DNA of 64,000 nucleotides from an uncultured delta proteobacterium (lineage in GTDB: Bacteria; Desulfobacterota; Desulfobacteria; Desulfobacterales; Desulfosalsimonadaceae), in the NCBI GenBank assembly GCA_963826785.1, contig CAWGYD010000010.1, positions 96,001-160,000 of the forward strand, read 5' to 3'. A program made the translations under genes and the position numbers. Under the pieces are notes generated by a model. The model made no database searches, was not told the DNA's origin, and was given only the letters and a program-made list of their open reading frames with translations. Position 1 is the stretch's first letter. Every line of letters starts with the position of its first letter. Shown piece after piece: positions 45,001 to 53,131 of the stretch.

Positions 45001-46372
45001 GATCCGGCTGCTGGCGGATGCAGGAAAGCCGGTTCAAGCCTTTGAAATCGCCGAGCGCTCCCGGGGGCGAAACTTCATCGATCTTCTGGGTAACCAGCGC
45101 ATTTCACTGAAGTCCGGTACGGAGGAGGCGCTGTATGAACGCTATCGCACTATCGAGTCACAGATTGAAGAATACGGGGCGCTGCTGGCATCGGCAGCCC
45201 GGCCCGAAGAGCGCAGCCTTTATGAAGGCAGGTTAAACAGCCTGAAAAACGATCTGGATGACGTGATGATCGACATGCAGGCCGCAAACCCGCAGCTTTC
45301 CGCATTCGTTTCCGTCCCTCCGGTGGACCCCGCGCGGATTTTGAATCAGCTTGCGCCCGGGACTGCGCTGGCGGCCTTCTATGTGCTCAAACAGGAAATC
45401 TTCTGCTGGATTCTTGCGCCCGATGAAGCTGGAGAAGGCAAAATTAAATTGTTTCGAACCCCCGGCGACCGGAAGGATCTGGAGCGTCAGATTCTGGATT
45501 ACCGCAGGGCCATTCAAAACCTGGAGCCCTGTGAAACCGATTCAAAAGACCTGTTTACCCGCCTTTTTTCCCCGGCCCGTCAAATGCTTGAAAATGTCAG
45601 CACGCTTGGCATTATCCCCCACGGCGCCTTGCACTACCTGTCCTTTGCCACCCTGATGGACGGGGACCGCTTCCTTATCGATGGTCATTCCCTGTTTTAT
45701 CTGCCCAGCGCCAGCATGCTGGAATTTACCACAAACCGCCGGGTCCACACGCCGAAAAAAGACCTGGAAGTCCTGGCCATCGGCAACCCGGACTTGAAAG
45801 ATCCCCAGCTGTCGCTTCCTTTTGCGGAGCGGGAAGTCAACACCATTCAATGGAATTTCCCGTCCATCACCATCCTGACCGGGGCGATGGCCACTGAAAA
45901 CTGGGTCAAGGAGAACATCGACCGGTTTGAAATCATTCATCTGGCTTCCCACGGTGAGTTCGATCCGATAAATCCCCTGCTGTCAGCCGTCAAACTCGCC
46001 CCTTCGGAGTTAGACGACGAACAAGCAATCCAAAACGACGGCGATCTGCAGGCAGCCGAGGTCTTCGGGCTCAAGATCAACGCCGACCTGGTATTTTTAA
46101 GCGCCTGCCAGACCGGCCTGGCTCAGATCACGGCCGGAGACGATATCATCGGATTGAACCGCTCCTTTTTCTATGCGGGCACCCATGCCGTCATCTCCAG
46201 CCTGTGGCGGGTCAGCGACGTATCCACCGCCATGCTGATCAAAACCTTCTACCGCCGGTATGCCACCGGCAATAAAGCCGACAGCCTGGCACAGGCCATG
46301 CGCCATGTAAAGCAGCGCTATCCCCACCCCGGCTATTGGGGGGCGTTTACGCTGGTGGGAGATTATGAATAG
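42041..46372 (+). CDS. TPR + CHAT (caspase HetF-associated) domain, C-terminal part of the same gene
   Basis: TPR array, AFEIAERSRGR, IIPHGALHYLSF, HLASHG (catalytic His), LVFLSACQTG (catalytic Cys), SLWRVSD, HPGYWGAF. Confidence 0.88.
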   Translation: MKPWPRLKPSPLMDAACVPFEIMHSFAPLVLAHSRAGRVEEAFNLAERLSELERFNRMAEFVRPNDSESQFYRQVFYRLERIDELQARAQTANAAEKVFIAERIAQEKSLMESDFGPDAENLPRILRLISGPDARKQMMHLCGLSLEIETAAGAIWENPSSPESRSRYDQLVSKYHESARKAAGRGEDTGPADVFALMAPKPAELMDVQSVLDPSGDTVLIRLVSLGIKAPAFLLFSVTPDGISVVETADPVDAISRQADKIAYIAYERPEALTALPMHPFALSATHLVRCIENKKPFKQNLLAISPAPGMQDLAEIYRLRSMSEFPAIADESFLNTLSDTQTLAAAGPLRYAATVPTEPDSRPRPVLSLSPDYASIFPAEQLIANTPGLSLALLTDAPVLDPYIAGHFFSIFGCSQLILTRPDESTDNWVLDFLDAYPDLPAYDALKNSLKAAGKVDHPTGVMYLGYRGMDKKAATEMARQQFARYVKAGRSAYDAGDARRALPLFENAVSVAREVKAYATYLGALYRFCRESAYQSGDLEKALNYAQLLADQMAAEQPDTKAHAEALLRLGLLQARMENYQQAVPVITEAVEMMGNLDTDEDLVNAMVDLGIVLENATDYPGALSRFNSAARLSQTLDRGELLAAQQYNIGRIQDLRLNQYALAISHYRNALEGFKIAGNTGRAIEAMIDIGRCSRLLGNFPQADEQYTLALELVDQNPEDHQRLLPKILIEQANNAWFTGRYESAFRLQRQCAALADKQEDEAMKVMAANTAGLIWWTLGDTGKAMAELEGALTLAQANTARKDEIATTLNNMGLIYRDRQDFAAALDCFDRALDIDRKIGSRWGIAYDCRNKGLTLILMDAPEKAIPLFTEALEISRAIGNRINEAKALIGLGDGCLQLNELDPAEKAYTEGLALSETMLLKETQWRALYGLARIFLLKNDRKAAEPYLRRAVDVIEGLRADIRIDQLKKNFLSGKMDVYEDLIRLLADAGKPVQAFEIAERSRGRNFIDLLGNQRISLKSGTEEALYERYRTIESQIEEYGALLASAARPEERSLYEGRLNSLKNDLDDVMIDMQAANPQLSAFVSVPPVDPARILNQLAPGTALAAFYVLKQEIFCWILAPDEAGEGKIKLFRTPGDRKDLERQILDYRRAIQNLEPCETDSKDLFTRLFSPARQMLENVSTLGIIPHGALHYLSFATLMDGDRFLIDGHSLFYLPSASMLEFTTNRRVHTPKKDLEVLAIGNPDLKDPQLSLPFAEREVNTIQWNFPSITILTGAMATENWVKENIDRFEIIHLASHGEFDPINPLLSAVKLAPSELDDEQAIQNDGDLQAAEVFGLKINADLVFLSACQTGLAQITAGDDIIGLNRSFFYAGTHAVISSLWRVSDVSTAMLIKTFYRRYATGNKADSLAQAMRHVKQRYPHPGYWGAFTLVGDYE

Positions 46373-46542
46373 AAGAATCCCTGATTGACTTTTCAGAATG
46401 ATTCTATACAAACATAGAAAGCAGGCACATTGTCATCAACAACAATTCTTATATCCAACGCCAAAAACGAAGATATTGTTGTGGTCAACTTTTTGCCGAA
46501 ATCATAAAAAAGAGAATTGCAGATAAACCGTACAGCAAAGGA

Positions 46543-47076
46543 ATGATCATGAAACGTATTACCCTCATGCTGACCTGCCTGGCCGGACTGCTCTGCTTCA
46601 CCTGGGCAGCCGCGGCCGCACAGACCCTGTGGGTCACCTCCGACCAGGCCGATTTGAAAGCAGACAGCAGCAGCACGTCTGAAACCGTGGCCACCCTGGC
46701 GCGGGGCACCGAACTGAATGTAAAGGCCACTGACAACCGGTGGTACGAGGTGAGCACCAAGGCTGGGGAGTCCGGATGGGTGTACCGGGGAAAAGTTTCC
46801 GAAACCGCCCCGGAGATAGATGCCTCTGCCCAGCAGAGTGATCCGGGTCTGGGCGACCTTCTGGGCGGGTTGTCCGGCAGTAGCATCGAGACGGACGCCG
46901 CCAGCACATCGCGCAGCATCCGCGGCCTGTCCCCGGAAGCCGTTCAGTATGCCGATCAGACCCATGCACCCGAGGACATCCGAAAAGCACTGGATGAGGT
47001 GCTGTCATACGGCATCAAAGACAATGAGATCGACCGGTTTTTAAAAGACGGCCGCATCGGCGAGTATGCCCAATAA
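46543..47076 (+). CDS. Secreted SH3b domain protein
   Basis: Signal peptide (AAA), LARGTELNV...WYEV.T..GESGWV, C-terminal SIRGL...FLKDG. Confidence 0.82.
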   Translation: MIMKRITLMLTCLAGLLCFTWAAAAAQTLWVTSDQADLKADSSSTSETVATLARGTELNVKATDNRWYEVSTKAGESGWVYRGKVSETAPEIDASAQQSDPGLGDLLGGLSGSSIETDAASTSRSIRGLSPEAVQYADQTHAPEDIRKALDEVLSYGIKDNEIDRFLKDGRIGEYAQ

Positions 47077-47097
47077 AGACTTTGAAAGGCATCGACC

Positions 47098-48024
47098 ATG
47101 AAAAATATTTTTCAGATCCCCCATAAACCGGCGTGCAACCGGCAGCGCCGCAGACTCCTGAAACTGGCCGGCCCACTGGCGCTGATGATGACCAGCCCCG
47201 TCTGGGCATTTGACCTGTTTCAGGTGATCGATCCCCAGGGCAAGAACAAGGACCTGCAAAAGGCCAAACAGGCCATGGAAGGCCTTGGCAGCATCTCCCA
47301 GAGCATCAAAGGCATCGATTACGAAACGGAATTTACCATCGGCGAAACCCTGGCCCTTGAAGGTTTTCAGCGATTTGGACTTCCCGTGAAAAATTCCGAA
47401 CTGCAAACGTACGTCAACACCATGGGAAAAGCCGTGGCGAAAAATTCAACGCGCCCTGAAATCCCGTACTATTTCGTGGTGGTCCAAAGCGATGTCTACA
47501 ACGCCTTTGCCTGTCCCGGGGGGATCATCTTCGTCAGTTCCCAACTGGTCAAGTCCATGGCGGACGAAGCCGAACTGGCCTGTGTGCTGTCCCACGAAGT
47601 CTGCCATGTGGGCTTCAAGCACGCCCTGCAGTCGGTCCGGAGGGCGAAATTCATCGAAGGTGCGGGCAAGATCGGCACCGTCAACATGAAGGGGGAGGAA
47701 GGCCAGAAATACCGGGCCATGATCGGCGACCTGCAGACGGTCCTGTTCGATCAGGGACTGGATAAGCAAATGGAGTTTGAAGCCGACCGGGAAGGCATGG
47801 CCTGCGCCTACCGCACCGGATATGACCCGGCAGGCATGCTCCGGGTGCTGGAGATGCTCAAGGCCAAACAGGCGGGCGCGCACACCAAGGGATCATGGTT
47901 TTCGACCCATCCGCCCCTGTCCGACCGGCTGTCCAAATGCAATGACCAGATGAAAAATTATCCGGATGCCTCCCAGATGGCGCTTCTACCGGATCGGTTC
48001 ACGAAGTACCGGCAGCTGCTGTAG
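47098..48024 (+). CDS. M48 family zinc metalloprotease, probable Tat signal
   Basis: RRRLLK + hydrophobic stretch + VWA, NAFACPGG, HEVCH, EFEAD, STHP..DR. Confidence 0.88.
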   Translation: MKNIFQIPHKPACNRQRRRLLKLAGPLALMMTSPVWAFDLFQVIDPQGKNKDLQKAKQAMEGLGSISQSIKGIDYETEFTIGETLALEGFQRFGLPVKNSELQTYVNTMGKAVAKNSTRPEIPYYFVVVQSDVYNAFACPGGIIFVSSQLVKSMADEAELACVLSHEVCHVGFKHALQSVRRAKFIEGAGKIGTVNMKGEEGQKYRAMIGDLQTVLFDQGLDKQMEFEADREGMACAYRTGYDPAGMLRVLEMLKAKQAGAHTKGSWFSTHPPLSDRLSKCNDQMKNYPDASQMALLPDRFTKYRQLL

Positions 48025-48082
48025 GTCTGTTCTTAGCGCCATAGCAGAAACCGGCACTCCCGTCATTTGCATTGGGACAAAA

Positions 48083-48751
48083 TTAGTTTCGTCGGGGGAC
48101 CTGCCGGATTTCAAGCATGACGCCATCCTGGTGGATCTCCGCCCAGGCGTAATGCCCCTGGGTCAGCGGCCCCGGGTTGATGATCCGGGTGTTTTTGATG
48201 GTGTCGATGCCTGCGGATTCATGGATGTGACCGGTAAAGCAGACCAGGGGTGATGTTTTCTCGATAAACGCCCTTACGGCCTGGCTCCCCACATGGACTC
48301 CGGATCGGAGACGGTCGCAGCCGGTATCATAGGGCGGCTGATGGGAAACCAGAATAAATGGAAGGTCCGGTGAAGCGGTCGCGTATGCAGTTGATAGGGT
48401 TCGGCTGATTTCATCTTCGGTGTATTCCAGCGGGGTTTTAAAGGGCGTGATCAAAGACCCGCCCAGTCCGGTAAAACCCATTTCCCGAAATAAGACGGTC
48501 CTGCCGTGCAGATTGAGGTCCCGGCTGGTCAGATAGGCGTCCACTTCCGGGTAATCGCAGTTGCCGGCCACGGCATAGAGGTTCGCACATGCCGCACGGA
48601 TGGGGGCGATGATGTTTTCAGCGGCATCTTTCCTGCCGAAGTGGGTGATATCCCCCGTCACCAGGACCGTATCCGCCTGTTCCAGGACGGGGCGCAGTAA
48701 TTCAATCATCTGCGCGCTGCCATGGATATCGGTGAGGGCCACGATCCTCAT
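48083..48751 (-). CDS. Metallophosphoesterase (Icc-like)
   Basis: TDIHG, GDIT, GNCD, SHQPP, GHIHE, NPG. Confidence 0.88.
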   Translation of the reverse strand: MRIVALTDIHGSAQMIELLRPVLEQADTVLVTGDITHFGRKDAAENIIAPIRAACANLYAVAGNCDYPEVDAYLTSRDLNLHGRTVLFREMGFTGLGGSLITPFKTPLEYTEDEISRTLSTAYATASPDLPFILVSHQPPYDTGCDRLRSGVHVGSQAVRAFIEKTSPLVCFTGHIHESAGIDTIKNTRIINPGPLTQGHYAWAEIHQDGVMLEIRQVPRRN

Positions 48752-48781
48752 TTCCAATCCCCGGTTATGTTCAAGAAAGGT

Positions 48782-51595
48782 TTACAGGCGCTTTTCGATT
48801 TTGCCGACCGCGGTCGAAATGATCTGTGCCAGCGGCGGGTGGGTTTTGGAAATGCCGGTGAGCGCCTTTTTCGACAGGTCGCCGCCGATGCGTCCCAAAA
48901 GCGGGATACCGGCCTTGAGAATCGACAGATCCTGATGGCTCCCCTTGGCTTTTTTCACCAGCTTTCGCCATCCGGAACTCCGCTGGGCGGTGGTTTTGAC
49001 GATTTCCAACATCACCGCCTCGACTTTTTCCCCCGAGGGGATGAGCTTCATGGCATTTATCGCACTGATGAATTGAACCAGGTTCCGGACGTCTTCCTCG
49101 GCGGGCTCCTGCTGATGAAACATGTTTGATATCAACCGCAGCAGATCGTCCATGGTCGCCGCATGCACGGATGGGATATCGGCCAGGGCCTTGAGGGCCC
49201 GCCAGCGGACCCGGGCATCCGCGTCCAGCAGGGCATCGATGATGAGAGATTCCATATCACCCGGCCGCAGGCTCAGGACCAGGCTCATGGCCTCTTCCCG
49301 GAGCCGGGAATGAGAATTTTTCAGAAATTTACGGACCGGCTCGAAATCACCTTCCTGTTTGCTGACATTTCTCAGGATCATCATGGCATTTCGATGCAGA
49401 AACCATTGCTGGCCATCATCCGCGATGACCTTGAGCGCCCAGATGCGGGCCGTATCCCCTTTTGCCTGCAGGGCCTCCACCGCAGTCTTTCTGACGTCTC
49501 GATCATTGCTCCGGGAAAGGACGCGGCTTAAGATTTCGACTCCGGATATTCCCAGGCGGTCCAGGAGACGGTTCATCCGTTGCCGATCCGGTTCATCGGC
49601 CCGCTGAAAAGCGTCGGCCAGCGCATCGAGCATGTTTTCGAACAGGAAAACGGCGGATGTGAATTCATCTGGTTGGGTGTCCGTCGATTCTTTTTCAACC
49701 GGGCCGTCGGATTTTTCCGTCACCGCAACACTTTGGGTCAACTGCCTGGAAAAAAACGGATTGGCCGCGGCGGCCTGGTCGAGAATTTCCACCATGTCAG
49801 CGAGAATTTCCCATTTCGCAGAAGCCATGAATACCGGAAGCATCCTGGAAAAGCCTTTCAGGTAGACCTGCGCATCTTCAAAGGTGTCCAGTGCGGACAG
49901 GCGGCAGGGATAAGACTGACGGTTCTTCTCGAAATCATCGGCCATGCTCCGGGAATTGACGATGTACTGGACCTCGGCAGGCAGTTCCGTGAAGGAGAGA
50001 ATCTGGTTGTCATGCAGCTGTTCCAGAAAGAGATGCGCACCCGGCGCGTCTTCCTGGACCACGCGCCGGGAAATCAGCTTCAGAATGCGCCGGATGCCGG
50101 ATAATCGCCTTAAGATCAATCGATTATCCGGCTGCTCGGATTTCAGTTGGTTCAGGTAATCAAGTTCCGTAAAGGTAAACCTGGATGTCGGCAGCAGCTT
50201 TTCCACCGGAAATGCGTCCACAATGATCTCTTCGATGATTTCCGGCTCCATGTGGCCCACGTTTTCAGCAATCACATGGGAGTTAACCAGAAAATCATTT
50301 AGATACCGGGGATGCTTCAACGGCCGGATGATGTCTTCCACAGTGGCCAGCTTCATTTTCTTGACCGCGTCATCGGAGGCTTCGGCGAACATGGGCATCA
50401 GTCTGAAATCCTTGGCCAGGCGCTGGATGGCCATTTCCACCCGCCAGGGAAGATCCTGCTCCAGTTTCAGCAGGTCATCGGCAAAAACGGTGGAAATCAT
50501 GGTGATGCCGTGCTCCACCAGGGCGCTGGTGAGATAGGCCCCTGCCTTCTGGTGCTCGCTCCGGTCCACCTGGGGATCGCTCATGATGGTGATGAAGTCA
50601 TTGAAATGGGGCGGCGGAATTTCCTTTCGGATGGCAAACCCGATCAGTTCCTTTTTTTCGCAGTATTCGCAGAGTTTGGGAACGAACAGGCCGGCCACGC
50701 CCTGGGTCACCATCTGATGGATACTGACCGGTTCATCGAGGATGCCAGTGATCAGGAGGTCCCCTTTTTCCTTTGTGGATCGGTTGGAGATCATGATTTC
50801 ACCGCTGTCCTGCAGCACCCGGATAAATTCTTCATACAGGCCGGATTTTGCAGTGGTCGACCCGGGATGGCCGGGATCATAATATCCGGAGCGCAGCATG
50901 GCCTTGGTGAGATTCATAATGAAGCTTCCCACCGGCTGGCATCGCTTCTTTTCCGCTTCCGTCAGTTCGGTCTTTTCAAAACAGGGTTCTTCAGGAATAT
51001 CGGATTCCGCCTGAATAAGCGGCACAACGGTTTCGTCCTGGACCGCCCGGCGAAACCACTCCAGCGAAAGGGTTTCTTGAGAATGTGGCAGATCTTCGAT
51101 TTCAACCGGGATTGGACACTCGATGGCCGCCGCGAAATTGGGTTCAGGCGGCGGCTGGATTTCAGCTGTGATCCCGGCGGGCGATTTTAAATCTACAAAA
51201 TCCATTTCAAGCTCGATTTCTTCTTCCGGTTCAGAAATCACGGATTCAATGGCCGGAGTCTGCGTTGCGGTCTCAATCGTCAGACCGAGCATGTCCCGAT
51301 AAGCTGGGTCTCGCTTGAACAGATCATCGATTTCAGCCATCAGCAGCATCAGATTATCGATGATTTCAAATGACATGCGGCAGCCGGGGCCGGATGCCGT
51401 TTTCTGAGACAATACCCGGCAGTTGAGGAGAATTCCCGGATGGATGCGGGGCAGGATCATTTTGATCAGAATGGCGGCATTTTCGGGCAGCGGCGATGCG
51501 CAATGGACGATCAGCTGACCGGATTTGATCTGGCGGTAATACTGGCCGAAGAGTTCAGCGGCCGAAAATTTGATGATAATCAGGTGCTTTTTCAT
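48782..51595 (-). CDS. Large HEAT-repeat protein with a degenerate PilZ-like N-terminus
   Basis: C-terminal HEAT motifs (DRDVRKTA, HSRLREEA, DARVRWRA), GYYDPGHP motif, N-terminal beta-rich ~100 aa. Start uncertain (51595 or 51661). Confidence 0.7.
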   Translation of the reverse strand: MKKHLIIIKFSAAELFGQYYRQIKSGQLIVHCASPLPENAAILIKMILPRIHPGILLNCRVLSQKTASGPGCRMSFEIIDNLMLLMAEIDDLFKRDPAYRDMLGLTIETATQTPAIESVISEPEEEIELEMDFVDLKSPAGITAEIQPPPEPNFAAAIECPIPVEIEDLPHSQETLSLEWFRRAVQDETVVPLIQAESDIPEEPCFEKTELTEAEKKRCQPVGSFIMNLTKAMLRSGYYDPGHPGSTTAKSGLYEEFIRVLQDSGEIMISNRSTKEKGDLLITGILDEPVSIHQMVTQGVAGLFVPKLCEYCEKKELIGFAIRKEIPPPHFNDFITIMSDPQVDRSEHQKAGAYLTSALVEHGITMISTVFADDLLKLEQDLPWRVEMAIQRLAKDFRLMPMFAEASDDAVKKMKLATVEDIIRPLKHPRYLNDFLVNSHVIAENVGHMEPEIIEEIIVDAFPVEKLLPTSRFTFTELDYLNQLKSEQPDNRLILRRLSGIRRILKLISRRVVQEDAPGAHLFLEQLHDNQILSFTELPAEVQYIVNSRSMADDFEKNRQSYPCRLSALDTFEDAQVYLKGFSRMLPVFMASAKWEILADMVEILDQAAAANPFFSRQLTQSVAVTEKSDGPVEKESTDTQPDEFTSAVFLFENMLDALADAFQRADEPDRQRMNRLLDRLGISGVEILSRVLSRSNDRDVRKTAVEALQAKGDTARIWALKVIADDGQQWFLHRNAMMILRNVSKQEGDFEPVRKFLKNSHSRLREEAMSLVLSLRPGDMESLIIDALLDADARVRWRALKALADIPSVHAATMDDLLRLISNMFHQQEPAEEDVRNLVQFISAINAMKLIPSGEKVEAVMLEIVKTTAQRSSGWRKLVKKAKGSHQDLSILKAGIPLLGRIGGDLSKKALTGISKTHPPLAQIISTAVGKIEKRL

Positions 51596-51912
51596 GTGAC
51601 ATCGGGTCTGATGAATTGATATCCGCCTAAAACCGGCCTTGCGATTGTAAGTAGGCATCATGTCAGACTTTTAGGTATTGATCAACGTCTAAATATTCGC
51701 TAAACGGATATAGATGCAGTGGGCAATTCGACTGACAAAAAATACAATACGATATCGCCAAATTTAGCGAAACAGCCGAACTTGATCAAAACATCTCAAA
51801 TCTTATAGTAAAGGCAGTAAAGCCAGGCATGGACCCCATTCAAACAGGTCCTTGTTCAATTTGCGAATTCGGCGACAAGAATTTGGCCTTTGCCCTTGAT
51901 GGAGAATATAAC

Positions 51913-52497
51913 ATGACCGATCCTCAGCATATCAGTGAAGACAAAGGGGAAGCGCTGGTCCGGCTGGCCCGGCAGACGATTTCAAAAGAACTGGGTCTGA
52001 TCCCTGAGAAGGCGCCCGATGATGCCGTTTTTCGTGATCCCTTGTTTGACTCCCGACGGGGGACATTTGTCACGCTTACCATGGGCGGCCAGCTGCGGGG
52101 GTGCATCGGCAACCTGATGCCGGACAAAACCATTGGGCAGGGCATTCGGGAAAACGCCATAAATGCGGCATTCCACGACCCCCGATTCCGGCCCCTGACA
52201 CCACAGGAATTTGACCGGATCCGCGTCGAGGTCAGCCTGCTCACCCAGCCCGAACAACTCCATTACATTGACGGGGATGACCTTCTGGCCAAACTTCGTC
52301 CCAACATAGACGGACTTATCATTAAAAAAGGGATGTACAGCGCGACGTTTCTGCCCCAGGTCTGGGAACAGCTGCCGGATAAGCGCTTGTTCCTGGAGCA
52401 TCTCTGCATGAAAGCGGGGCTGGTGCCGGATGCCTGGCGGGAGGGGAAACTGGAGGTATATACCTATCAGGTCCAGTATTTTGAAGAACACCCCTGA
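51913..52497 (+). CDS. amrA: AmmeMemoRadiSam system protein A (AMMECR1 family)
   Basis: GTFVTL...LRGCIG, AAFHDPRF, EVSLL, ATFLPQVW, LCMKAG. GGAG RBS precedes ATG at 51913. Confidence 0.9.
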   Translation: MTDPQHISEDKGEALVRLARQTISKELGLIPEKAPDDAVFRDPLFDSRRGTFVTLTMGGQLRGCIGNLMPDKTIGQGIRENAINAAFHDPRFRPLTPQEFDRIRVEVSLLTQPEQLHYIDGDDLLAKLRPNIDGLIIKKGMYSATFLPQVWEQLPDKRLFLEHLCMKAGLVPDAWREGKLEVYTYQVQYFEEHP

Positions 52498-52515
52498 GCA
52501 ACAGGCCATTTACAA

Positions 52516-53088
52516 ATGAAATACACGAGGGATGGAAAACCCGCAACAGCGCCCGTATCCAATTGGCTTCAGATTTTCCTGCTGCTGATCATATGGCTGC
52601 CGCTCGCAGGGTGCGGACCGAAAAAGATCGTGCGTGAAATCCGGGCGACGGGCTACTGCGGCTGCGGGCAGTGCTGCGGATGGGAGCGGGGAAGCTGGAA
52701 ATTTCTAAAACTTGATTTCTGGAATCGCTACATCAGCTACGGACCGCGCGAAGGGGAGCCCTATTCCGGACTGACAGCCAGCGGCACGCGTCCTCATGAA
52801 CCCCGGTACGGCCTGTTTTCACTCAACAGCATCACCCATCCCTGGATGATCCCCTTTCGGATGGTTTTTCCGTGGCTGTGGTTTTCCCGGGACGGCACCC
52901 TGGCCGCCGATACCCGGTTTTATCCTTTCGGAACGCGCATGTACATTCCCGGATACGGCTACGGCATCGTGGAGGACCGGGGCAGCGCCATCAATCAGGC
53001 CAATAAACTCGACCTTTTCTTTGATTCCCACGCAGAGGCGAATGAGTGGGGGGTGCAGTATCTGGATGTGGTCATTTACCGGAAATGA
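52516..53088 (+). CDS. 3D domain lipoprotein
   Basis: Lipobox LAGC, TGYC, TASG, AAD..YPFGT, VEDRGSAI, LDLFF. Confidence 0.85.
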   Translation: MKYTRDGKPATAPVSNWLQIFLLLIIWLPLAGCGPKKIVREIRATGYCGCGQCCGWERGSWKFLKLDFWNRYISYGPREGEPYSGLTASGTRPHEPRYGLFSLNSITHPWMIPFRMVFPWLWFSRDGTLAADTRFYPFGTRMYIPGYGYGIVEDRGSAINQANKLDLFFDSHAEANEWGVQYLDVVIYRK

Positions 53089-53131
53089 TGCCGCGGATAC
53101 ATACCCCCTTCTGTTGGCCGGCGGTAAATTG

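Noticed and set aside
42041..46372. TPR-CHAT as a CRISPR type III-E Craspase component
   Set aside because: No cas genes or arrays in the window. The protein has an export signal and envelope-gene neighbours.
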